Positions 29,402 through 38,046 of a stretch of DNA of 64,000 nt are shown piece after piece. The stretch's first letter is position 1. Each line of letters starts with the position of its first letter. This DNA is from Planctomycetota bacterium (GTDB lineage: Bacteria > Planctomycetota > UBA8108 > SXIK01). The notes under the pieces are model-generated. The model saw only the letters and a program-made list of their open reading frames with translations, was not told the origin of the DNA and did not search any database. Location of the stretch: the NCBI GenBank assembly GCA_965223845.1, contig CBDCXR010000004.1, positions 2,784,001-2,848,000 on the forward strand, read 5' to 3'. The position numbers and the translations under genes were made by a program.

Positions 29402-29896
29402 ATGAGACGACATCGACGAGAAGCCGGGTTCTCGCTCATCGAGCTCATGATCGTTCTGGCGATCATCGCGATCATTCTCGCGTTCGCGATCCCGAGCCTC
29501 ATGAGTTCTCGAAAGTCAGCGAACGAAACCGCGGCGATCGGGAACCTCCGCACGCTCCACTCGATTCAGCTCCAGTACCGCCTCCAGCACGGCCAATACG
29601 CTCGTAGCGCGCCGCAACTCGAGTCGTCGGGCCTGCTCACGATCCCCACGGGACCGATCGGAATGATCGAGGCGCAGGGTTACCGCGTCGCCATCGTCGC
29701 GCCGAACGGAACGTGGTGGGCGGTCGCGTTTCCGCTCGAGCCCGGCATTACGGGCGATCGCCGCTTCATCATCGGTGAGGCGGGCTCCGTCCGAGCGATC
29801 AGGGATCTGATCGCCGTTCCGCCTCCCGTCGTTCCGATCGTGCCTCCGGTCGCAGACGACTTCTCGCCGGATCGGACCGACTCGCGCACGTTCTAA
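29402..29896 (+). CDS. Type IV pilin-like (prepilin cleavage/methylation) protein
   Basis: AG|FSLIELMIVLAIIAII class III signal, then SANETAAIGNLRTL. Confidence 0.88.
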   Translation: MRRHRREAGFSLIELMIVLAIIAIILAFAIPSLMSSRKSANETAAIGNLRTLHSIQLQYRLQHGQYARSAPQLESSGLLTIPTGPIGMIEAQGYRVAIVAPNGTWWAVAFPLEPGITGDRRFIIGEAGSVRAIRDLIAVPPPVVPIVPPVADDFSPDRTDSRTF

Positions 29897-29998
29897 GTCG
29901 CGGCGGTCTTCGGCCCGGGTCACGGTCGACGGCCGGTCTCGGAAGAGTGTCGGATCCGGGAACCGAGGCGGCGACCGGGCGTGTCTTCCGGACGCCCG

Positions 29999-31495
29999 CT
30001 ACTCCTCCCCGAAGCAGTAGAGATGCTCCGACGTGCGCAGATAGATGCGGCCGCCTACGATCGCCGGCGTCGCGTAGGCGTCCTCGTTGAACGCGACCGA
30101 TCCGACCTCCTGCCAATCCGCTTCGGCGGTGATCACGCTGAGCTCGCCGCGTTCGCTGAGGAGGTAGACGTGGCCCCCACCGACGACCGGTGAGCTGTAG
30201 TAGTTGCCGCCCCCGGAAACTCGCCCGTGCTTCAGCACCTCGCCGCTCGCGGCGTCGAGGCACGACACGATCCCGGAGTTCTTCACCATGAAGATTCTCC
30301 CGGCGACGAGGACGGGCGACGGGACGTAGGGAAGCATGCGGTCGTGCGTCCACCGGATATGGGTTGAGGTGACGTCGCCGTCTCCGCCCGGGGAGATCGC
30401 CATGATCACGTTTTGCGCGGTCTCGAACACGTGGCGCATCCCTTCGTACTCCGTGCGAGTGATCCGCCCGTCCTTGTCGCGATCGATCTGGCGAAACCGT
30501 CGCCCGATCGCGCCCCCCGGATCGATCTCGTCGGCTTCGAGCGTCTCGCTTTTGTCCTCGTCCTTTTCGGCCACGAGATCGGTGAAACTCGGAACCGAGA
30601 TGCGATCTCCGGCGTCGGCCCCGGGCGCCCAACCAGTCACGTAGACGACTCCGTCGCGACCGACGGTCGGGGTGACGTTGACGATTCGCGAGAGTCCCCG
30701 AGCCGTCCACCGCTCGTCGCCCGAGTCGTAGTCGTAGCCGACGACGCGGAGCGTTCCCGCGAGCACGATCTCCCGCCTCCCGTTCCACTCGCGCACGATC
30801 GGCGTCGCGTAGCTTCGAGTGAACTCGGCGCGGTCCGTGTGCCAAATCTCATCGCCCGTTCTCTTGTCGATCGCCCGGAGGAACGAGTCGGTGTCATGAT
30901 CTTGCGCGACGATCACGCGGTCACCGTCGATTACCGGCGAGCTGCCCGCGCCGAAGTCGTCGTTGAAAGGCCCCATCGGGATCGTCCACTCGAGGTCACC
31001 GTCGGCCGAGTAGCACACGAGCCCCGCAGCACCGAAGAGACTCACGACGCGTTCACCGTCCGTGGCCGGACTCGGCTGAGCGTGGCTACCAATCGAGTGG
31101 ATGCGCTCCTCGCCGCGGGGTTCGAGCGCGCGCTCCCAGAGGATCTGTCCCGACGCAGCATCGAGCGCGATCGTGAGCAGGCTCTCGTCGCGCACGCCGG
31201 TCACGTAAACGCGATCTCCCCACACCACCGGTGACGAGTGTCCGGGCGGAAGCGGCGTTTTCCACACGACGTTCGTCTCGGGGCCGATCTCGACCGGAGG
31301 CGCGGCGCCTCGCCCGACGCCCGCGCAGTTGACACCGCGAAACTGCGGCCACTCGCGTGCAGAAGTCCCGCGACAGCCGGCGCCGGCGAGAAGGGCCGCG
31401 ATCGCGACACACGAAACGCTCCGGAGCACGATGGGGCTCGACCGACGCAAGTCCGTCTCAGGGTTCGCCGCCCGATGGATCACGTTCACGCTCAC
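29999..31495 (-). CDS. PQQ-binding-like beta-propeller protein with EF-hand insertion
   Basis: WPQFRG, GHSSPVVW, SPATDGERV, YYSSPV, ATPAI; EF-hand loops DEDKSETLEADE and DRDKDGRITRTE. Confidence 0.85.
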   Translation of the reverse strand: MSVNVIHRAANPETDLRRSSPIVLRSVSCVAIAALLAGAGCRGTSAREWPQFRGVNCAGVGRGAAPPVEIGPETNVVWKTPLPPGHSSPVVWGDRVYVTGVRDESLLTIALDAASGQILWERALEPRGEERIHSIGSHAQPSPATDGERVVSLFGAAGLVCYSADGDLEWTIPMGPFNDDFGAGSSPVIDGDRVIVAQDHDTDSFLRAIDKRTGDEIWHTDRAEFTRSYATPIVREWNGRREIVLAGTLRVVGYDYDSGDERWTARGLSRIVNVTPTVGRDGVVYVTGWAPGADAGDRISVPSFTDLVAEKDEDKSETLEADEIDPGGAIGRRFRQIDRDKDGRITRTEYEGMRHVFETAQNVIMAISPGGDGDVTSTHIRWTHDRMLPYVPSPVLVAGRIFMVKNSGIVSCLDAASGEVLKHGRVSGGGNYYSSPVVGGGHVYLLSERGELSVITAEADWQEVGSVAFNEDAYATPAIVGGRIYLRTSEHLYCFGEE

Positions 31496-31525
31496 TCTCC
31501 TTCGTCATATTCTTCGATCCGATCG

Positions 31526-32452
31526 TCAAGACCAGACCGCGACCTCGGGATCCGACTCGCTGTACCCGATGAACGTCGCGAGGACGACGCGCGGTAGATC
31601 GCCGTCGACTCCCGGCACCTCGTGAATCGCCCGCGTGTTGAAAAAGTAGAGGTCGCCGGGCTCGAGTTCCACGCGACAGCTCTCGATTCGGGTCGCGCGC
31701 GCGTAGCGATGGAACGTGCCGGCAGACAGATGTTCGTCGACGTCGCGATCCCAGAGACGGCGATGGATGATGCATTGCGCGGTCTCGCGCCCACGGACGG
31801 CGTTCTGGAGCACGAGGACGCCGGCAAACTGATGCTCGAATCGGTAGACCGAATACGCGTTCCGCTTTTCGCGAAGTCGCACCGAATCGAAGTGCGGCGG
31901 ATAGGCGTAGTCGCCGTAGTGAACACGGAAGATCGCCGGGCCGTAGCGCTCGCCGGTCGGCTCGCGAGCCGTCCGAACCGTCCTTCCCGGGCCGAGCTGA
32001 GCGAGGCGGTCGTAGATGACGTCGATCGGATTCGCCGTCCCGCGAAAGAGCGTGCGAAACCTCCGCCGGGTCTCGTCCGCGTGCCGAAAGAATCCCTCCG
32101 GATCGTCCCCGCGGTAGCCAAGGCTCGTCCCGATATCGATCCGTCGCTTCCGACCCGCGCGCGGAGCGGGACGACTCGGCGACGATCGATCTCCACTCAC
32201 GCGGACGTATCCCTCCGGGATTCCCTCGCGCAGAAACCGGTCCGGCGTCGGCGCCGCAGGGTCGTACGCGAGATCGTTCGCGATGAGGCGCTCGACGAGC
32301 TCGGCGCACGCGGGCTGCGGATACGCAGCACGAAAGACGACCGCCGGAACCTCCGCGCGCGCGAGGGAGCGCAGGTGGTCCGTGCCGCCGCGACGCGATG
32401 GACGGGGCGACAGCTCGACGGGGATCCAGGCGGATCGACTGGACGGGCGCAT
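31526..32452 (-). CDS. 2-oxoglutarate/Fe(II) oxygenase-like protein
   Basis: HFD ... LEPGDLYFFN ... IHEV ... R pattern (HxD...H...R). Start uncertain (32452 or 32491). Confidence 0.7.
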   Translation of the reverse strand: MRPSSRSAWIPVELSPRPSRRGGTDHLRSLARAEVPAVVFRAAYPQPACAELVERLIANDLAYDPAAPTPDRFLREGIPEGYVRVSGDRSSPSRPAPRAGRKRRIDIGTSLGYRGDDPEGFFRHADETRRRFRTLFRGTANPIDVIYDRLAQLGPGRTVRTAREPTGERYGPAIFRVHYGDYAYPPHFDSVRLREKRNAYSVYRFEHQFAGVLVLQNAVRGRETAQCIIHRRLWDRDVDEHLSAGTFHRYARATRIESCRVELEPGDLYFFNTRAIHEVPGVDGDLPRVVLATFIGYSESDPEVAVWS

Positions 32453-32792
32453 GTGGAGTTTTCCGACAGACCTTCTCGACATTCGCCACACGACGTCCGC
32501 GCCGGCCGAATGCGTCGAACTCTTCTATTTGTTCTAACGAATCTCGGAGGCTCAACTCAACTGTTCCGGCCGACCGGCGGCGGCCTCGCTGAAACGTGGA
32601 GGCTGAAGGCGAACCGCCGACCGCTGTCTTCCCACCTACCACACACTTTTTCCGTTCGCCGATCCTCGCGGGTTGGTACTCTGGCCGCCCGCGCGAGGGA
32701 TCGCGGAGACTCACTCGGTCTCCGCGCAGTGGACGAGGATTGGGTCGACCGGCCGGTCGCGACGATCGGCCGCGGGAAAACGAGGTGGCTTC

Positions 32793-33995
32793 GTGGTCGG
32801 CACGGTCGTCGGCGCGATTCTTCTCTTCGTCGTGTACGTTGCCGTCGAGTGGCTCACCCGCCGCTCGCTCGCGCGTCGCTACGGCTTCGCGGTCGCCGGG
32901 GTTCTCGACGACGTGCGCGGCGTGCGGTGTGCGTTCGCTTCTTGGCGCCGCGCGCCGAGAGTCTTCGGACGATCGCTGCGAACACTCCCGGTTCCAGCGC
33001 TTGCATTCGTCTTCGTCGCGTGCGTAGCCGCCGGCGTTGCGGCCGACTCGGAAACCGCGATCAGCGGGGCGCTCGGACTCGCCGCGCTCTTCGTCGCGGC
33101 TGCGCTCGACGCCGCGCCTTTCCTCGAATCGAGCTCGAATCCCGCAGACTTCGCTCCTCGACGCGCGCGCGTCGTCCTCGTGCGAGTCGGTTGGGTGCTC
33201 GTCGCGGCGGTTTCGCTCATCGGAGTCGTTCGTCTCGCGGCGACGTGGAACCTCTCGACGATTTCTCCGCGAAGCGACGCGATCGGTGCGTGGCACTTTG
33301 TGCAGCAGCCGCTCGGTGCGCTGCTCCTCGTCGCGAGCGTCGTCGCGCTTCGCGAACGCCACGCCCTCACGGCGCTCGAGGCCGTCGAACGCGATCGTAC
33401 CCTCGGGTCCCTCGCGCTGCGCTGCGCCTGGGCGACGGCCCTCGCGCAGTTGTTCTTCGGCGGCGTGAGTCCGGGCTTCGCGCTCCCCGCCGGGCGAGGC
33501 GGCGCGGTCCTTGCACTTCTCGTTCTCGCGACGAAGCTCGGCCTCGTGGCCATCGTCTCGACGTGGTTCCGGATGCGCGGACCGCGCTGGCGTGCACACC
33601 AGTCTGCCCGCGCGCTCGAAATCGCACTTCCGCTCGCTGCGCTCCATCTCGCGTTGGCTAGCCCCACGGCCCCTTGGCCAGCGGTAGGGTTCGCGACCGG
33701 CATCGAGGTGCTCGTCGCCGGGTTGGTTTTGTTCGCGGCCTGGTGGGCACCCAAGTTCTCCGCGAATGCGGCCGCGCTCGCCGTTCGCATCGGCTCGGGG
33801 ATCGCGGCACCCGTCCGCGCCGTCGCGCTCGTCGCGCGAGTCGTCGTCGACGACGTCCTCGCCGGGGCGCTGGAATGGATCGCGGCATTCGCAGTTCGGG
33901 GCTTCACGCGATTGCTCGCATCGCGGCGCGCGCTCGCGGCCGCACTGGCGATCGCGTTCGTGAGCTCCCTCGTTCTGTATTTGGCCGTGCGATGA
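32793..33995 (+). CDS. Highly divergent NuoH-like membrane protein, apparently fused to a NuoL C-terminal helix
   Basis: GTG with GAGGTGG RBS. WLTRRSLAR~WLERKVSAH; WHFVQQPLG~WFVFRNPF; LFFGG~LYLGG; KLGLVAIVSTWFRMRGPRWRAHQ~[23 protein letters not shown]; ALPLA~LLPLS. Confidence 0.7.
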   Translation: MVGTVVGAILLFVVYVAVEWLTRRSLARRYGFAVAGVLDDVRGVRCAFASWRRAPRVFGRSLRTLPVPALAFVFVACVAAGVAADSETAISGALGLAALFVAAALDAAPFLESSSNPADFAPRRARVVLVRVGWVLVAAVSLIGVVRLAATWNLSTISPRSDAIGAWHFVQQPLGALLLVASVVALRERHALTALEAVERDRTLGSLALRCAWATALAQLFFGGVSPGFALPAGRGGAVLALLVLATKLGLVAIVSTWFRMRGPRWRAHQSARALEIALPLAALHLALASPTAPWPAVGFATGIEVLVAGLVLFAAWWAPKFSANAAALAVRIGSGIAAPVRAVALVARVVVDDVLAGALEWIAAFAVRGFTRLLASRRALAAALAIAFVSSLVLYLAVR

Positions 33996-35254
33996 TCGAG
34001 TCGCTCTTCGCCATCAGCCTCTCGCTCCCCTTCGCGACCGCGGTGTGGATCGCGACGCGATCGGCTCCGGCGCCGTCGGACGAGTCAGTCCGCAGAGCGG
34101 CGCTCGCCGGAAGCGCGGCGAGCCTCGCGTTTCTGATTCCACTCCTTTCCGGGCTCGGCGCAGAGACACCGCAGGTGAGGCTCGATGGCTTCGCCGGAGT
34201 GTTCGCTCCCCTCGGCGCGGCGATCGTGATGGCTGCGATCGCCGCCCTTCCGCGGGACCCAAACGCGCGCGGTAGCTACGTCGCGGCGCTCGGAATCCAG
34301 AGTAGCCTCCTCGCCGCACTCGCGACGGCGGACGGAGCGACGTTTCTCGCGAGCTGGATCCTCGCAGGCTTCTTTCTCCGCGCGCTTCTTCCCCCCGCGC
34401 AGTCCTCGTCCGCGCGACGGGCGCGCCTTTATGTCACGTTTGGATTCCCTGCCGCGGGCGTCGCATTGCTTCCCGCCGCGAGTGAAGCGGGAGGCGAGGC
34501 GTGGGTTGCGATCGCTACCAGCCTCGCGGCCGGCATGGTGCTCCCTCTCCTTCCGTTTCAACGCGGGTACCTGGAAGCGGGAGAGAGCGTCGCGTCGCCG
34601 GCGCGAGCTCTGTTGGTGTCGGCATCCGTACTTCTCTCCGTAACCGCCCTCCTTAGGTTCGCGGGAAGCGGACTCGACGGTCTGGGGCACGTGTTCACCG
34701 TCTGGGCGATCGCGAGTCTCGTTTACGCAGCTCTGACCGCGACGCTCGAGACCAGGCTCGAGCGTTCGATCACTCTCGTAGCGACAGGGCACGCTGCGCT
34801 CGCGGCGGCGGGCATTGGCACCGGCGACGTCACCGCGATCTCCGGCGCGGTCCTCCTCGTCGCCGCGACGCTAGCGAGCGCTACGCTCCTTCTCGTGACG
34901 GCGGACTCGGTCGCGCACGGACGGGCGACTCGCGGTGTCCGCGCCGGCTTCGCCGTCACCGCCGCGCTCTGGATCGGACTGGGGCCGAGTCCGTTCATCG
35001 CCGGGGCCACGCCGATCGTGCGCGCTCTAGGCGCGAACCAACTTGGAGCGCCCGCCGCCGCGATCACCGCACTCGTTGTACTCCACGTCGCACTCGCCGC
35101 CCGCTGCATCCGCGCACTCGTCGCCGGCGCGGCCGACCGCGTCTCGGTGGTCGAGTCGCGCGGGCGCATCGAAAGCGCGATCGCAATCGCTCTCCTCGCG
35201 CTCCTCCTCGCGCTCGGCTGGATGCCCGATCTCGTCCCGGCATCGCTTCGTTAG
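33992..35254 (+). CDS. Highly divergent NuoM-like antiporter-family subunit
   Basis: ATGA overlap with the previous gene. RLDGF~GVDGL; ADGATFLASW~LDFFLFYVFW; LPLLPFQRGYLEA~IPVFPFHTWLPDA; RLERSITLVATGH~DFKKLVAYSSVSH; LGWMP~LGVYP. Confidence 0.78.
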   Translation: MIESLFAISLSLPFATAVWIATRSAPAPSDESVRRAALAGSAASLAFLIPLLSGLGAETPQVRLDGFAGVFAPLGAAIVMAAIAALPRDPNARGSYVAALGIQSSLLAALATADGATFLASWILAGFFLRALLPPAQSSSARRARLYVTFGFPAAGVALLPAASEAGGEAWVAIATSLAAGMVLPLLPFQRGYLEAGESVASPARALLVSASVLLSVTALLRFAGSGLDGLGHVFTVWAIASLVYAALTATLETRLERSITLVATGHAALAAAGIGTGDVTAISGAVLLVAATLASATLLLVTADSVAHGRATRGVRAGFAVTAALWIGLGPSPFIAGATPIVRALGANQLGAPAAAITALVVLHVALAARCIRALVAGAADRVSVVESRGRIESAIAIALLALLLALGWMPDLVPASLR

Positions 35255-35331
35255 CGAGTGCTCCGGTCAGCTGACGCACGGGTCGAGTCGGGACCGGCAG
35301 AGATTCTGCACCGATCTTGGACGCGCACGAG

Positions 35332-35361
35332 TTGACGGACTCCGGCGTGCCATCGTAGTGT
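35332..35361 (+). promoter_or_regulatory. Putative sigma70 promoter upstream of a structured leader
   Basis: TTGACG-18 nt-TAGTGT. Confidence 0.4.
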
Positions 35362-35365
35362 TCAC

Positions 35366-35785
35366 GACGGAGCGCGCGGACCAACCTCTGCGGGACCGTC
35401 GGCGCGCCGAACCCACCTCGTCTTGGGAGGGACGAGAGGCAGTTCGGAGTGCTCTTCGCCACCGCCTCGCCGGTAGCGAAAGCACCCACTTGGAGAGGGA
35501 TCGCGAGGCGCATTGCGGCACCGCCTCGCCGGCAGCCGGATCGAAGGGAAGCCCCGTTCGCCGCGGCGTCCGTCGCACATGGACGCCGCAGCGCGGAAAG
35601 CTCCTCGAAAGCGCTGTCGAGCACGAATCGGCTGCGTTCACCCGAGCGCAGCCGGAATGAGGTTTCACGCATCGCGGCTGCGCGCTAGCGATCGCCCGCG
35701 TGCCGAGCGAGCCGAGATCGGCTCAGCTTCACTCTCGGCACGCTTGCGGTCGATCTCGGCGGGAGCCGCGGCGGAACACCGCCGC
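35366..35785 (+). ncRNA. Candidate structured RNA or long 5' leader
   Basis: Eight or more consecutive hairpins in a gene-free interval; no known family recognised. Confidence 0.35.
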
Positions 35786-35799
35786 CCGGAGGAAATCCG

Positions 35800-37872
35800 T
35801 TGAACGGACGATGGTACATCGCAGTCGCCGGAATGGGTCTTTGGTGGACGACTGCCTCGCACGCTCAGCATCCGGTCAAAGGCTATCCCACCATGCTCGC
35901 GCTCGACGGCCCCATCGCCCCGGGAACTGGGCAGAGGATCTCGGGTTCGGGAGCTCCGCGCGAATTTGGTATTTGGGTCGAGCTATGGCGCGTCCGCCAA
36001 GGAGCTCGTGCGGCGGAGTCGGTAGCATCCGTTCCTGCGGCACCGGACGGGACGTTTGTTGTCGATCCGGTCGACGTCGGGGCCGGCGATGCCTTTTACG
36101 CCACACTCTCGCGTAGTTGGCAGTTCGATCGACCCGCGGACCTCGAAGGGTGGACGGGCTCCTCGGACGGAACTTTGCAGGTTTCCGGCGGAGTTCTTCG
36201 CGTTACGGTCGGTGACGGCAACGGCGACGGATTCCGCGACCCGTCCACCACGCTCTTCTTCACGTACAACCCGGCGTACTACCGCGTGATCGAGATTCGG
36301 CTGAGGAATCCGGCGCCGGCGAACGCCGCGAGTCGACACCTCGGCGTTCATTGGGGCGCCGGGTATCCGAACGACGTCCACCGTCACCTCGTGGCGATGC
36401 CGGAGGCGATGAGCGAGTTCGAAACCCTCCTCATCCCGATGGGACTCGGCCACACTCGTCTCGTACCGGGTCCCGTAACGGTCGATCTCGACGGTCTCTG
36501 GAACCAGGGCACAACGAACAACGCACTCCGGCTCGACCCCTGGTGCGGCATCCCGCGCGACGACGGCTCGCTCGACGGTCTCGAATTCGAAATCGACACG
36601 ATTCGCATCCGCGAGGACATGCGCTGGGACTTCCACCGCACAGGCGACGCGATGGGGATCGGTCGCGCCACCAATCTGAGCGGCTTCGCGATCGTCGACG
36701 GCGCACTCTCGTTCGCCGCCGACGGCGCCCCCACGATCGAATTTGACGTCGATACCGGCATCGTCGACCCGGCGCATTTCGCTCACTTCGCCATCGGCAC
36801 GGACAACGATCGCGTCGGCGTTTCCGACAACGCGATCGGAATGCGCTGCCGAGACATTCTCGGGACGCCGCTCGCCGTCGATTTCCTCCTCAGTGCGATC
36901 GGACGACAAGACGAGTTCTTTGCCATCGACGGCTCGGGGATGGGGTGGTCAGCCGCCGGACGCATCGCGGCCGCCGGGATCGAGTTCGACATTCCGCGGG
37001 ACGCGACTCCGGGTGATCAGCTTCGTATCGACTACCTAGGATTCATTCCGGCGCAGCCGTACGGCCCGAGCGATGCGATCGTCGCTCAGCCCGCGAACAA
37101 TCCGCCGGTCGCGGTCGCGACGAGCTCGGCGGTGAACGGTGAGGTGGAGCTCGACGCGCTCGGCATCGCCAGCGTCGAGCTCGACGCGTCGCCGTCCCAC
37201 GACGGTGACAACGGAACCCAGGGTCTTTCGTACTCCTGGGAGCAGGTGCTGGGACCGCCTGCGAGGATCGCGTCCCCGGCTGGTGTGATCACGGCGGTCG
37301 AGTTCGATGCCGCCGGCGACTACGCGTTTCGCGTCACCGTCGACGACGGGCAAGCCGTCGACGCGCTCGCGTCGGCCGAGGTCGAGGTCACAGTCCTCGA
37401 AGCCGCGCCCACCGATCCACCCGAGCCGCCGGAGCCGACCGCCCTCTTTGTTCGGGGCGAGGTCGACGGAAACGGCGTCGCGCTCGAAGTTCGCGACGGC
37501 CTCGCGATCCTGCGCGGACTCTTTCGGTCGTCGCGAACGGGAGCGATCGACTTCGCGTGTCCCGATGCAGCCGACGTGAACGACGACGGCCGCATCGATC
37601 TTGCCGACGGGATCGCGATCTTTCGGCACCATCGGGGCGCCGATCTCCCGCCGCCCGCACCCTATCCCGAGTGCGGCGCGGACCCGACGGACGATGCGCT
37701 CGGAGTCTGCACCTACGACGAGACGCAGTGCGCATCGACCGCGACCGCCGGCGACCGACAGCAGGAGAAACGCTTTCGACGGATGCTGAAGAAAAAGCGC
37801 GACCAAATGCGCGAAGGCAAGCGACGCGACACTCGGCGCCGCCCGTGCCGAGAGAAGCGGACTCGACGCTAA
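35800..37872 (+). CDS. Secreted protein with PKD-like and dockerin-like domains
   Basis: TTG with GGAGG RBS; signal peptide; NNPPVA...LDASPSHD...LSYSWEQV...GDYAFRVTVDDG (PKD); FVRGEVDGNG...CPDAADVNDDGRIDLAD...CGADPTDD; basic tail. Confidence 0.8.
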   Translation: MNGRWYIAVAGMGLWWTTASHAQHPVKGYPTMLALDGPIAPGTGQRISGSGAPREFGIWVELWRVRQGARAAESVASVPAAPDGTFVVDPVDVGAGDAFYATLSRSWQFDRPADLEGWTGSSDGTLQVSGGVLRVTVGDGNGDGFRDPSTTLFFTYNPAYYRVIEIRLRNPAPANAASRHLGVHWGAGYPNDVHRHLVAMPEAMSEFETLLIPMGLGHTRLVPGPVTVDLDGLWNQGTTNNALRLDPWCGIPRDDGSLDGLEFEIDTIRIREDMRWDFHRTGDAMGIGRATNLSGFAIVDGALSFAADGAPTIEFDVDTGIVDPAHFAHFAIGTDNDRVGVSDNAIGMRCRDILGTPLAVDFLLSAIGRQDEFFAIDGSGMGWSAAGRIAAAGIEFDIPRDATPGDQLRIDYLGFIPAQPYGPSDAIVAQPANNPPVAVATSSAVNGEVELDALGIASVELDASPSHDGDNGTQGLSYSWEQVLGPPARIASPAGVITAVEFDAAGDYAFRVTVDDGQAVDALASAEVEVTVLEAAPTDPPEPPEPTALFVRGEVDGNGVALEVRDGLAILRGLFRSSRTGAIDFACPDAADVNDDGRIDLADGIAIFRHHRGADLPPPAPYPECGADPTDDALGVCTYDETQCASTATAGDRQQEKRFRRMLKKKRDQMREGKRRDTRRRPCREKRTRR

Positions 37873-38046
37873 CCGATCCGCCACCGACCGCGTTCCCGTC
37901 GCGCGTTCGGGAACCGAGGCGCCGGGAGCGAGCACCGAGAATCTCGACGACAGACGCGATCCGCGCGTAGATTCACCGGGACCATCCGGGGTAGTCTGCC
38001 GGGAACCCCTCCTCGGTTTCCTCGGCTCGACTCCGCGAGAGGCCCC

